From: a virus
Lineage: Duplodnaviria; Caudoviricetes
IMG/VR virus record: IMGVR_UViG_3300020042_007509
Coordinates: 1 to 34,466 of that record
Length of the DNA: 34,466 nucleotides
Strand: one strand, 5' to 3'
A program made the position numbers and the translations under genes. Under the pieces are notes generated by a model. The model ran no database searches and had not been told where the DNA came from. It saw only the letters and a program-made list of their open reading frames with translations. Numbering within the stretch: position 1 is the stretch's first letter; every line of letters starts with the position of its first letter. Shown piece after piece: positions 1 to 9,034 of the stretch.

Positions 1-365
1 CCACCTATGCTGTCGGTGACCGTGTAGTGCCTACAACGCCCAACGGCAGGGTTTATGAGTGCCGGGTGGCTGGAACATCAGGCACGACACAACCGCTTTA
101 CCCGGTCTATTCTGCTTACCACGTCAGGGGCTACACCCTTGAAGATGGCACCGGTGACCCTACCCTGATGTGGGTAGACCAAGGGCCGATCAATGTGGAA
201 CGCTACGATGTCCGCACTTCCACCCGCCAAGCCTGGATGATAAAGGCTAGTCGTTGTGCAAGTGACATCGATGCTAAGGAAGGCACAAGCGATGTAAAGC
301 TTAGCCAACTCAAAGCACACTGCCTAAGCATGGCAGAGCGATATAGACCGTTGGTGTTCGCATGA
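1..365 (+). CDS. Putative head-tail adaptor with an N-terminal CBM5/12-like motif (5' truncated by the window edge)
   Basis: The frame is open to the left edge (TYAVGDRVVPTTPNGRVYECRVAGTSG). The helical C-terminus (YDVRTSTRQAWMIKAS..KLSQLKAHCLSMAERY) and the position just before a head-closure gene fit an adaptor. Confidence 0.55.
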   Translation, partial: TYAVGDRVVPTTPNGRVYECRVAGTSGTTQPLYPVYSAYHVRGYTLEDGTGDPTLMWVDQGPINVERYDVRTSTRQAWMIKASRCASDIDAKEGTSDVKLSQLKAHCLSMAERYRPLVFA

Positions 366-727
366 GTCCGATACTACGCGCAACCATCAGCGCCGGCATT
401 GTACGCAACCTTTGCCAAGACCGTGTAGAGATACACCGCTTCACCCTTACGGAAGATGGCCGTGGTGGTGTCACTGAGACATGGCGCAAGGTTGCCGAGT
501 ACAACGCCAGGCTAACCAACCAATCAGACACAGAGAGCATTGTAGGCGGTGGCATCCAGTCATCTGCGCAGTGGACGCTGATTGTCGCTGTTAGTGCTGA
601 CGTGATGCCGCAGGACAGGGTTTACCGGGTAGGCGATGATGCCAAGTATTACGATGTGATCGGGACAGACTTTGGACAGACTGAATTATTGGTACAGCAC
701 GTAGGGCTGGTGGAGCGGACATCATGA
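362..727 (+). CDS. Phage head-closure / head-tail joining protein (SPP1 gp16-like)
   Basis: DRVEIHRFTLTEDGRGGVTETW and DVMPQDRV..YYDV patterns; 121 aa; ATGA overlap with the upstream gene. Confidence 0.75.
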   Translation: MSPILRATISAGIVRNLCQDRVEIHRFTLTEDGRGGVTETWRKVAEYNARLTNQSDTESIVGGGIQSSAQWTLIVAVSADVMPQDRVYRVGDDAKYYDVIGTDFGQTELLVQHVGLVERTS

Positions 728-936
728 GCGCATCAGAGTGGACAGCGATAGGTATCTTTGTGGCTGGCTTGGTTGTTAGCCTACTGGTTTACATCGTTCA
801 GTTTCTCCACAAGATGGACAAGCGCAACGACATTGACAGCGTCACGATCAAAGACCACGGGCATAGACTGGTCAAGGTTGAGACAGATACCGGCGAACTG
901 AAGACCCGCGTCACACACTTGGAGGCGAAGCAATGA
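724..936 (+). CDS. Small membrane protein with coiled coil (holin-associated / XhlA-like)
   Basis: N-terminal TM helix (WTAIGIFVAGLVVSLLVYIV) followed by HRLVKVE..RVTHLE. Confidence 0.5.
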   Translation: MSASEWTAIGIFVAGLVVSLLVYIVQFLHKMDKRNDIDSVTIKDHGHRLVKVETDTGELKTRVTHLEAKQ

Positions 937-1184
937 ACAGCATCAGCATCAAAAGATTAGTGGTCGTTGTGATCGTGGCTTTTACAGCTGCATTCACTTC
1001 CGTATTCGGCGATGGAGTCCGGACAAGCGAAGCACACGACCTCAGCGAGCTGGGCGCAGTGCTGGCACTCTACGGCAGCAAGGCGGTAGCGGCGGGTGTC
1101 TCCGCTGCGGTGAGTTCTGTGCTGGCGTTCCTCACGATGCCGTTCAAGGGTACGAATGCCAACAGTTTGAAGGTGGGCAAATGA
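933..1184 (+). CDS. Putative holin
   Basis: 83 aa with two hydrophobic segments and a basic C-terminus; coupled to both neighbours. Confidence 0.5.
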   Translation: MNSISIKRLVVVVIVAFTAAFTSVFGDGVRTSEAHDLSELGAVLALYGSKAVAAGVSAAVSSVLAFLTMPFKGTNANSLKVGK

Positions 1185-1408
1185 ACTTTCAAAACTACCG
1201 GCTTGAGCCTAACCTTAACAGTCCCGGGGATTGGATTGTCTTTGGTGACATCTACGATAACGAAGGCAACCTACTTGGCACATTTGGGCCTGATGGCACT
1301 TCTGTTTTTGGATGGTGGGTCACGCAGGATGCTGAATTTCAGCAAAACTACAGCAACCAATTTGCGGTGATTATGGCGCAGGAAATTGTAGCAGGGACAG
1401 CTGAATAA
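1181..1408 (+). CDS. Hypothetical phage protein
   Basis: 75-aa ORF coupled by ATGA and TAATG overlaps. Confidence 0.65.
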   Translation: MNFQNYRLEPNLNSPGDWIVFGDIYDNEGNLLGTFGPDGTSVFGWWVTQDAEFQQNYSNQFAVIMAQEIVAGTAE

Positions 1409-3399
1409 TGGCTACTTACTATTTGTCTACTAGTACTGGTAATGATTCGTGGACGGGATTATCCGCTACGTTTACGAGTGGTACGACAGGCCCTTGGAAG
1501 ACACTGGCTAAAGCACTCGGCGCGGCAGGTATGGCATCCGGGGATATCTTGTATGTTGCTCCGGGTAACTACAACGAATCGGTCACAATCGGATTTGCAC
1601 CATCTGTTGCGACTCAAATTATAGGTGATCCTAATAGTCTATTGTTTGGTGGTATAACTGCCGGTCCTATTTTGTTTAGTGCCTTTAATGCCGCAGGGAC
1701 ATCCGAGACTGTTACGGCTACCCTCATTATTGCCGCTAGTCGGAGTTACTTTGAATGGTCAAACATTTACTTTAAAGTGTCAACTGGTAAGGCCGTATCT
1801 GCAACTAATGCAAGATTTTGGAAATTTACAAATTGTGTTTTAGACTGTAACACTAGAGCAACTCCAAATGGAATTATTACGCTATCCAGTGCAACCGGCG
1901 TGGCGTTGGATGCAACGATAACACGATGTCGTTTTGCCGGTGGCAGATATCTATTACAACTAACAGGTCAAAACGTCTCGGATACAACTTCCGTTACTTC
2001 TTCAGTTTTTGAGTCATCCGAAGAAGGTATAGACATAAATAATCTACAAGTGTTTGTAACAAACTGTAGTTTTGTTAGTTGCGACTGGGCAATTTATCAA
2101 AGGTCTGGAAGTGTAAGTTTTCCATCATCTGTCCGTAACTGTTTATTCCTAAGATGTACGCAAGTTCAAGTAACTACAACCGGGCAATTAACCGAAAACT
2201 TTAACAGATGGACTACCGCTACAAGGAACAACATTGGTACGTTGGGAGCAAACTCCACAACCGGTGGTGATGGCGGGATTGATAGTGGTTATCTCTTGCA
2301 GACTAACGGCAACTATTTACAGACATACACTCCAAATTTATCAAGCCCAAATATCGCATTTGGGACATCGACATCCTCTCCAGCCACTGATTTATATGGC
2401 GTGACTTGGAGTGGTGCATCACCTGATGCAGGCGGTATTACCTATCGTGTAATCACTTCTCTACCATCATTGGTTGCATACAATGGCGGCATTGAGCGCA
2501 ACGCTTCCGCCATCACAATCGCTCCTGCTTCAACCTCACAAAGCATCGAGCTCTACCTCGGTGCTACAGGGTTGGCATTCAACACCGCTAACCTAGCGGC
2601 TTACTACGTCCGCAACCAGTCCGCTCCGGTGGCTATAACGCTGGTCACGCAGACAGCAACAGGCGCGTGGACATCTGGTGGCTTTGCAGAGATAAGCTCC
2701 TCCCTAGTGCCGGGCGTGTATCGGCTTGATGTTCCTAACGCGGCATTTGCTGCTGGTGCATCTGATGTCACGATTGTCGTTAGAGGTGCCTCTGGTACGA
2801 ATGGAGCAGTCTTGACCGTTACACTTTCAAGTGGTGGCTTGACGGCAGCGCAGACAGCGTCTGCTGTTCTTGATGCAGTCGCATCAATACATAATAATGC
2901 TGGTTCTATTGGTGCATCTATACAAGATAAGGCTGGCTACTCACTATCAACTCCTCAGTCATTCAGTACTACAGGGTCAGTTGGTAGTGTTACAGGTAAC
3001 GTGGCTGGTAACGTAACAGGAACCGTAGGTGGTGTAGTTGGCAACGTAGTTGGAAACATTACTGGCTCTGTTGCAACTGTCGCTACGCCTGACAACATTA
3101 TTGATGGCGTGTGGGATGAACAACGTACTGGTCATACAGGAGCCGGTTCGTTTGGTGAGAAACTACAGACGAATGCACTTGCAGATGAGATGCTTGCAAG
3201 AGACCTTGGTAGTGGTTTGAATGCTGGTACTGCTGAAGAGCGTACCGTACGTTCTGCTCTACGTGCGTTGCGTAACAAGATAAACGTTGGTAGTTCTCAG
3301 ATGGTTGTGAAGAAGGAAGATGACACTACGGATGCGTGGACAGCAACAGTCACGACTACTGCGGTATCATCCAACGTAAGTGGAATAGACCCTAACTAA
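1408..3399 (+). CDS. Pectin-lyase-like beta-helix spike/fibre protein
   Basis: MATYYLS..GNDSWTG..PWKTLAKA..GDILYVAPGNY start; beta-helix rungs (FTNCVL, ITRCRF, VTNCSF, VRNCLF); C-terminal GNV/GSV repeats. Confidence 0.7.
   Translation: MATYYLSTSTGNDSWTGLSATFTSGTTGPWKTLAKALGAAGMASGDILYVAPGNYNESVTIGFAPSVATQIIGDPNSLLFGGITAGPILFSAFNAAGTSETVTATLIIAASRSYFEWSNIYFKVSTGKAVSATNARFWKFTNCVLDCNTRATPNGIITLSSATGVALDATITRCRFAGGRYLLQLTGQNVSDTTSVTSSVFESSEEGIDINNLQVFVTNCSFVSCDWAIYQRSGSVSFPSSVRNCLFLRCTQVQVTTTGQLTENFNRWTTATRNNIGTLGANSTTGGDGGIDSGYLLQTNGNYLQTYTPNLSSPNIAFGTSTSSPATDLYGVTWSGASPDAGGITYRVITSLPSLVAYNGGIERNASAITIAPASTSQSIELYLGATGLAFNTANLAAYYVRNQSAPVAITLVTQTATGAWTSGGFAEISSSLVPGVYRLDVPNAAFAAGASDVTIVVRGASGTNGAVLTVTLSSGGLTAAQTASAVLDAVASIHNNAGSIGASIQDKAGYSLSTPQSFSTTGSVGSVTGNVAGNVTGTVGGVVGNVVGNITGSVATVATPDNIIDGVWDEQRTGHTGAGSFGEKLQTNALADEMLARDLGSGLNAGTAEERTVRSALRALRNKINVGSSQMVVKKEDDTTDAWTATVTTTAVSSNVSGIDPN
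2974..3075 (+). repeat. Gly-Asn/Ser-Val tetrapeptide repeats (fibre shaft-like)
   Basis: GSVGSVTGNVAGNVTGTVGGVVGNVVGNITGSV. Confidence 0.6.
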
Positions 3400-3409
3400 G
3401 GAATAAGCG

Positions 3410-3799
3410 ATGCCTACTACTACTGCTATGACGAACACTCTTGAGAGTGCGTTGATTAATCTTATATTGAATGGAACCGGATATACGGCTGGTCAAGTTA
3501 CGTATATTGGTATCTTGAGTGCGGCTGGTTCTGACTCAGCACAAACTGAGATGAGTGGTAGTTCTCGTCAAGCGATTGCGTTTGGAGCATCAACAAGTGG
3601 CAGTGCAGTTACTAATACAGGGGCTATTACATTCACTAACTCAAGTTGGGGTTCTACTTCTGTTTATGGTGTGGGTTTTTATACTGCTGCTTCAGCTGGC
3701 ACTTGTCTGCTATACGGTAATTTTGATAGTGTTGTCACTGTAACTTCAGGTCAATCCCTCCAGTTCAACATTGCTGGCATTACTATATCTATGGATTAA
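3410..3799 (+). CDS. Small tail/fibre-associated structural protein
   Basis: Common virion family pattern LE.A..N......Y..YIG..E.SG..RQA..F...N...ITF..WG..GF...G..L.YG; AAGGA RBS. Confidence 0.7.
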   Translation: MPTTTAMTNTLESALINLILNGTGYTAGQVTYIGILSAAGSDSAQTEMSGSSRQAIAFGASTSGSAVTNTGAITFTNSSWGSTSVYGVGFYTAASAGTCLLYGNFDSVVTVTSGQSLQFNIAGITISMD

Positions 3800-3802
3800 T
3801 AG

Positions 3803-4552
3803 ATGCCTACAGAAGAAGAAGAAGGTGGACTGCCTCCTATTCCCGTACCAGTACCTGCTCCAATTGACTTTGGTCAGGGTGGTGGTGGGGATGCAGTCAT
3901 TACGATTGAGCCTCCAATCATTGTCCCTCCTTCTGACTTCAGCCTCTCTGGTCAAGCTACTGTAACCTTACCTGTCTTCGCTACAATATCTTTGTCAGGA
4001 CGTGCAACGACTAGTGTTACACCTGCTCAGATAAGAGCGGTATCTCTCAGTACTACAACTACTGTTACGACTCTGGTTAGGTTTGTTCAATCACTTAGCT
4101 TGAGTGGTAATGTTGGTGTATCAAGTACACCAGTAATCAATTTTGCGTTAGCGTTGAATGGTAAGGCTAGTGTTACTACCGACCCTATTGTTGGTGGTGT
4201 AGTCGAAGCAAGTATCTCGTTATCAGCAAGTGCAAGTGTTGACCTTGATGTAGGTTATTCAGTTTGTGAATGCCCTGATTACTTGTTTGACCCGGTAGAT
4301 GATTTACCTGCTGGTTCATTCCGTAGTGGTGTATTTATCCCTATATTTAGGTTGGCTGCTGGTAGCGTATTTGTACCGGCTACAACTGAACAGACGTGGA
4401 TACGGCGTGGTGACAACGGTTGCCTTACGTATGGTCCTGTAGGTTTTCAATTCCCTCTAGGTCCACTAATGTTACGATATGCGAATGGTGTCACTGGCAC
4501 TAAGCATGATGGCAGTAAGTCTAATAGCTGGAAGCGCAGAGGGTGTGATTAA
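3803..4552 (+). CDS. Putative virion structural protein, Ser/Thr/Val-rich
   Basis: Repeated S-L-S-G-x-A/T beta motifs; located between tail genes. Confidence 0.55.
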   Translation: MPTEEEEGGLPPIPVPVPAPIDFGQGGGGDAVITIEPPIIVPPSDFSLSGQATVTLPVFATISLSGRATTSVTPAQIRAVSLSTTTTVTTLVRFVQSLSLSGNVGVSSTPVINFALALNGKASVTTDPIVGGVVEASISLSASASVDLDVGYSVCECPDYLFDPVDDLPAGSFRSGVFIPIFRLAAGSVFVPATTEQTWIRRGDNGCLTYGPVGFQFPLGPLMLRYANGVTGTKHDGSKSNSWKRRGCD

Positions 4553-7500
4553 TGGCAGATACAACACGTATGGTTACTGACTCAGCCCAGCCTTTTATCG
4601 TTGGTGACAAGATATGGCGTGGCGTTGATACCTATAACGACCCAAATAAACTTGAGACTGGCTATGCTGAAACCATAAGTAACCTACAACTTGATGGTGG
4701 CTCCCTAGTACTGCGTAATGGATGGCAGGGGTTACTACAGCCTACTGAGTTGAATGGTGCTGGTAGTGACGCTAACGGCGTGTATGAGATGGTTCCTATC
4801 AAGGGTGCATCTGGTGTAACAAGTAACTTTGTATATACATCTGCTGGTGATGTCCGTTTATTCAATACGACTACAAATGCGTATACGAACCTAACAACTA
4901 ACAGTGCTTTTGATACGTTGTACAGCCCTAACGTACGTATGGTTTCCTATGGTAAGTATGTCTATGGTGTTCCAGGACTAAAGTCAGATGGTACTGAATC
5001 ACCTGTTGGGTTGTTCCGTACTGATGGTTCTACTATCGAGATAGTCCCTACTATCACTGGATTTCCTAATCTCAAGCCGTCTGCTAGAGCATATGCGTTT
5101 GTTGAGTATGGTGTTCCTACTACTAACAAGCATACGTTTATTGATAGTGCTGTTGGTCCAATCCTTAGAGCGGGTGGAATAACAACCCTTATCTCTGATT
5201 GGAACTTTACTGCTGGCAGTACAGGTTCTATGCCTACATCAGGTTCAGCTTGGTTGAAGTATTCAGGTGACCCAGTACGTAAGGCTATTCCACTTACTGT
5301 TGCTGCTGGTAACTTTCCATCTGGTGTAACAGCCCAGATTGTTTCCCCTCTAGGTCAAGGGGCAACTCGCATGATTGAGATTGCTGGTACGGATGATGGC
5401 ATCTACCAGAACGTCCCTTATACAAGTACTGCAATTACGTTTACGAATGGTAGTGCCAATATAGGTGGTACGTTCAATCCTGTTCCTGCTGTTGATACAC
5501 CTATACAAATTGCAACTGCTGGAGTATTACCAACTAACTTCGCTATCAATACAACATACTTTGTTGTTGGTACACCAACCTCATCAGTTATCACTGTTTC
5601 GAGTACTGTTGGTGGAACTGCTATTGTTGCTGGTAGTGCTGGTAGTGGTACTCATTCGTTGCAATACATCAACGTCCCTGATGAGCAACTGAACTTTACT
5701 AATCAGAATGATAGTTCAACAGCAATCACTTGTACGGTTGCATCAACGGCTACAGTAACTAGCGCAAGCCATAACCTCAAGGTTGGTCAACAGATACTCT
5801 TTATGGGTACTGTAGGCATCCCTGCTAATACTCCTGCGTGGGTGTTGACTGTACCTACGGCTAATACCTTTACCGTATCGATTGTTTCGCAGGGTGGTGC
5901 TGCATACACGTTTACTGCTACAGGAAGCAATAGTTACCATACTATTCAAGGTGCAGGTCTATACCTAGTTAGTCTATGGGCTATCAACGTAGACACCCAG
6001 AACAGTGTTACGGGTCAATCCATCAAAGTGGCATTACAAGCTTACAAGAATGGCGTTGCTATTCAAGGTGCATATGCATCTGCTATCATTGCACCACCTA
6101 TTGCTAGGTCAGGTACTGACTGGATTAAGGCTAACCTCTTATGTGACTTCCGTCCATTCAGAGACCAGATTACATCCTTCCAGATATTGATACAGAATGT
6201 AAACGCAAAAGATGGTGACCAAAAAGGTATCTACGTAACCAACGTAAATCTACACGCTGTAAGTCCTAGATTGAATACGGATAGTACTGATGCTGCGGAC
6301 CCTATCACTGGGTTGGTCAAGGTCAAGGTTTATCAGAACAATACTAATGTTGCTGGGTACGCAGGACTCCTCAAAGGATGTGCTGTCAAGTTCTCTTTTG
6401 CAACGGCAAAAGACTGGAGTAAGTACGACAGTGTTAGTATGCGTATGCAGTTACCTGAGAAGATTAGGGATATAGCACCTAACCTTAGAATCGGTTTACA
6501 GCAGAGTGGTGCTGCCATCGAGTGGGGTGGTTATGGCACTATCAACGAGAAGACAGGCTATATGACGTGGAGTGTAAGAGGATTTACAGACTCCCGTATT
6601 AGTGCTGTACGTCAGATGTATATCCGTTGTGAGACTGACATTCAAGACCTAGTTGATGGTGAAGACTTTATGTATATTGGTGACATAGTTGTGAATGGCA
6701 ACTTGTCTGCTGATATCAAGTACACCTATAGATTTTCAAGGTGGTATCCAGAGGATGGTGCATCTGCACCATATATTCCAGGTGTTGGTACTGCTGCCTC
6801 AACTGTATATGCTAAAGGGTTTGAGAGTGAACTCTCTGGTGCAAGCGAACAGATAACTGCTACTGAAGCACTTAGTGCTAACCAGATTATGCTGAACCCT
6901 GCTAACGAGACACTTACTGCAGCAGGTTACACACACCTCATTATCTATCGGTCTAGCACTTCATTTACTGATGGGTTGTATCGTTGTCTTGGTTCTTTGA
7001 AGCTAAGTGACAATACTATCAACGGTGTAAACCTCACACTGCTTAGTACTACAGGTGGCATTACACTTATTGATAACGTCGCTGAGTCTGCTGTCTTAGA
7101 TGATGGTCCAAAGGGTTCACAGGGTGATGTATACGAATCTGGTCAGGATTACTTCCCGACTGGTGCTACTGCTATCTCTGTTCACCAGAATAGATTGTGG
7201 GTAAGTAAGAATAACTCTTTATGGGTATCTTGGCAGTTTGATTCAGACAACGAATACACCATTAATACTACTCACGTACCGCTTCTTACTGACCCTAAGG
7301 TAGCAATCAAGGGTGCATCGTTTGATGTCTCATCAAAAGATGACAAAGAGTACATCGTGAATATGTTGTCGTACCACGGCGATATGATGTCACGTAACAA
7401 CAGTACAACAGCTGTACTACTCGTCTTTCGAGAGAATACCGTTTATCCGGTTACAGGTTTTGACCCAACTAACTATTCAATACAGGCATTCCTACGTGAG

Positions 7501-8538
7501 CCTGGTATTGGTTTGCTTGCACCTAGAGGTCTTGCAAACATACTTGGTCAACCTTGGTATTTGAACACGAGTGGTGTTGTACAGTTTGCTGGTACTCAGG
7601 TTATTCCTAAGTCTGTTGCCCTTGATGGCTTGATGTCAATCAGTAAGTATAGGGTTCAGATTGATAGTGACAACTATATAACATCTGAGCAGTATGCAAA
7701 GTCCTTTATGGCTATGCACGATAAGAAGCTGTTCTTGTTTGCTCCAAGGGCATATAAGACTGCTTCCGTTGATTACCGTAGTAACGTGCAAGCATATGTG
7801 TGGGACACACGTTATTCAGGGTGGGTTGCATTTAGTGCGCCATCAGTTATGACCGGCGGCTTATCTATAGATACGACAAATGACAGAAGTATCCTTTATG
7901 TTGGTGGATATGACGGTCAAATATATGTGTTGAATAACTTCTACGACAGCCCATATAGGTATAAGCCCACGAGTGGTTCAGGGACTAGCACTCTGTCATT
8001 CTCAGGTACTACTAATACTACAGGGCTAACAGTCAATGACCCTGTGACTATTGTGAAGGCTGGTGGTGGTCTTACTGTTGATACGACTATGTACGTAAAG
8101 ACGGTAACAAACAATAGTGTTCAACTTAGTGCTTCTGTTAGTGGTACGGCTTATACGTTCACTGGTGGGACTGTCCCACAGTTCTGTCTACTTGGAGAGA
8201 TTGATTGGGAAGTATTCACTAGAGCTTTTGGTCAGGCTTACTCAGATGGTATTTCATACTACTCAAAGAATCGTCCTAGCCAGATAGACTTACACGCTAT
8301 TGGTGATACGTCTGGTGGCTCAACTGTTAGTTGGGTTGTTCAGAATGAGGTTGGTGTACAGACTACTGGTGATTACACTATTACGGGTAATGCATCTAGG
8401 GCTATACGTGGATTGAACAGAGATGTGATTGGTGTGAACTTCCAGATTGGATTATCTGGTACTGAGCTAGATTATCCATTTAGGTTGTATGCAGTACATA
8501 TCCATATGGTTGAGAGTGGAATCCAGAGGCATAGATAA
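4552..8538 (+). CDS. Podovirus-type tail nozzle / stabilization-like protein with inserted beta domains
   Basis: N-terminus WRGVDTYNDPNKL..NLQLDGGSLVLRNGW; beta-propeller-like C-half (HQNRLWV, LLVFRENTVY, IGLLAPRGL, YVWDTRYSGW); precedes ejection-type genes. Confidence 0.6.
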   Translation: MADTTRMVTDSAQPFIVGDKIWRGVDTYNDPNKLETGYAETISNLQLDGGSLVLRNGWQGLLQPTELNGAGSDANGVYEMVPIKGASGVTSNFVYTSAGDVRLFNTTTNAYTNLTTNSAFDTLYSPNVRMVSYGKYVYGVPGLKSDGTESPVGLFRTDGSTIEIVPTITGFPNLKPSARAYAFVEYGVPTTNKHTFIDSAVGPILRAGGITTLISDWNFTAGSTGSMPTSGSAWLKYSGDPVRKAIPLTVAAGNFPSGVTAQIVSPLGQGATRMIEIAGTDDGIYQNVPYTSTAITFTNGSANIGGTFNPVPAVDTPIQIATAGVLPTNFAINTTYFVVGTPTSSVITVSSTVGGTAIVAGSAGSGTHSLQYINVPDEQLNFTNQNDSSTAITCTVASTATVTSASHNLKVGQQILFMGTVGIPANTPAWVLTVPTANTFTVSIVSQGGAAYTFTATGSNSYHTIQGAGLYLVSLWAINVDTQNSVTGQSIKVALQAYKNGVAIQGAYASAIIAPPIARSGTDWIKANLLCDFRPFRDQITSFQILIQNVNAKDGDQKGIYVTNVNLHAVSPRLNTDSTDAADPITGLVKVKVYQNNTNVAGYAGLLKGCAVKFSFATAKDWSKYDSVSMRMQLPEKIRDIAPNLRIGLQQSGAAIEWGGYGTINEKTGYMTWSVRGFTDSRISAVRQMYIRCETDIQDLVDGEDFMYIGDIVVNGNLSADIKYTYRFSRWYPEDGASAPYIPGVGTAASTVYAKGFESELSGASEQITATEALSANQIMLNPANETLTAAGYTHLIIYRSSTSFTDGLYRCLGSLKLSDNTINGVNLTLLSTTGGITLIDNVAESAVLDDGPKGSQGDVYESGQDYFPTGATAISVHQNRLWVSKNNSLWVSWQFDSDNEYTINTTHVPLLTDPKVAIKGASFDVSSKDDKEYIVNMLSYHGDMMSRNNSTTAVLLVFRENTVYPVTGFDPTNYSIQAFLREPGIGLLAPRGLANILGQPWYLNTSGVVQFAGTQVIPKSVALDGLMSISKYRVQIDSDNYITSEQYAKSFMAMHDKKLFLFAPRAYKTASVDYRSNVQAYVWDTRYSGWVAFSAPSVMTGGLSIDTTNDRSILYVGGYDGQIYVLNNFYDSPYRYKPTSGSGTSTLSFSGTTNTTGLTVNDPVTIVKAGGGLTVDTTMYVKTVTNNSVQLSASVSGTAYTFTGGTVPQFCLLGEIDWEVFTRAFGQAYSDGISYYSKNRPSQIDLHAIGDTSGGSTVSWVVQNEVGVQTTGDYTITGNASRAIRGLNRDVIGVNFQIGLSGTELDYPFRLYAVHIHMVESGIQRHR

Positions 8539-8987
8539 TGAGTATTCCTACACCTGCACCAGTAGTCCCACCGGGTGACCAAGGCGTACCTGCTGTACAG
8601 ATACTGCCGGGTTCTAGCGTTGTTGTTATTGAGGGTGACTTCAGTACATACAACGAGAGACCAAAGGCTGTTGCAGCTGAAGTAACGATTACAACGACTA
8701 CGGATGCTACGATTACTTTGGATAACGCACCTTATGTTTTGAGGTGTGATTGTACGAGTAACAATATTGCAGTTACGTTGCCACCTGCTAACTCTTGTAT
8801 AGGTCGTATTATCTGGATTGCTAAGGTTGACGTTGGTTCTAATGAAGTTAGTATTGCAGTCCAGACTGGTGACACGTTGTGGAGACCATCTCACTTTACA
8901 ATATTAAAGAATAGCCATATATGTTGTTCTTTGATTGCTTGTAGTGATGGAACTAGTCCTGGATGGCAGGTGCTTAGTTTTTCGTAA
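8538..8987 (+). CDS. Tail fibre-associated protein
   Basis: VLRCDCTSNNIAVTLPPANSCIGRIIWIAKVD motif typical of virion fibre domains. Confidence 0.55.
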   Translation: MSIPTPAPVVPPGDQGVPAVQILPGSSVVVIEGDFSTYNERPKAVAAEVTITTTTDATITLDNAPYVLRCDCTSNNIAVTLPPANSCIGRIIWIAKVDVGSNEVSIAVQTGDTLWRPSHFTILKNSHICCSLIACSDGTSPGWQVLSFS

Positions 8988-9034
8988 GAGTATAATCGTG
9001 TTTATAGTAATCGTAAAAGTAATGGTGCAACATA

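Noticed and set aside
8968-8996. TATAAT upstream of the 9035 gene as a sigma70 promoter
   Set aside because: No credible -35 box or extended -10 element.
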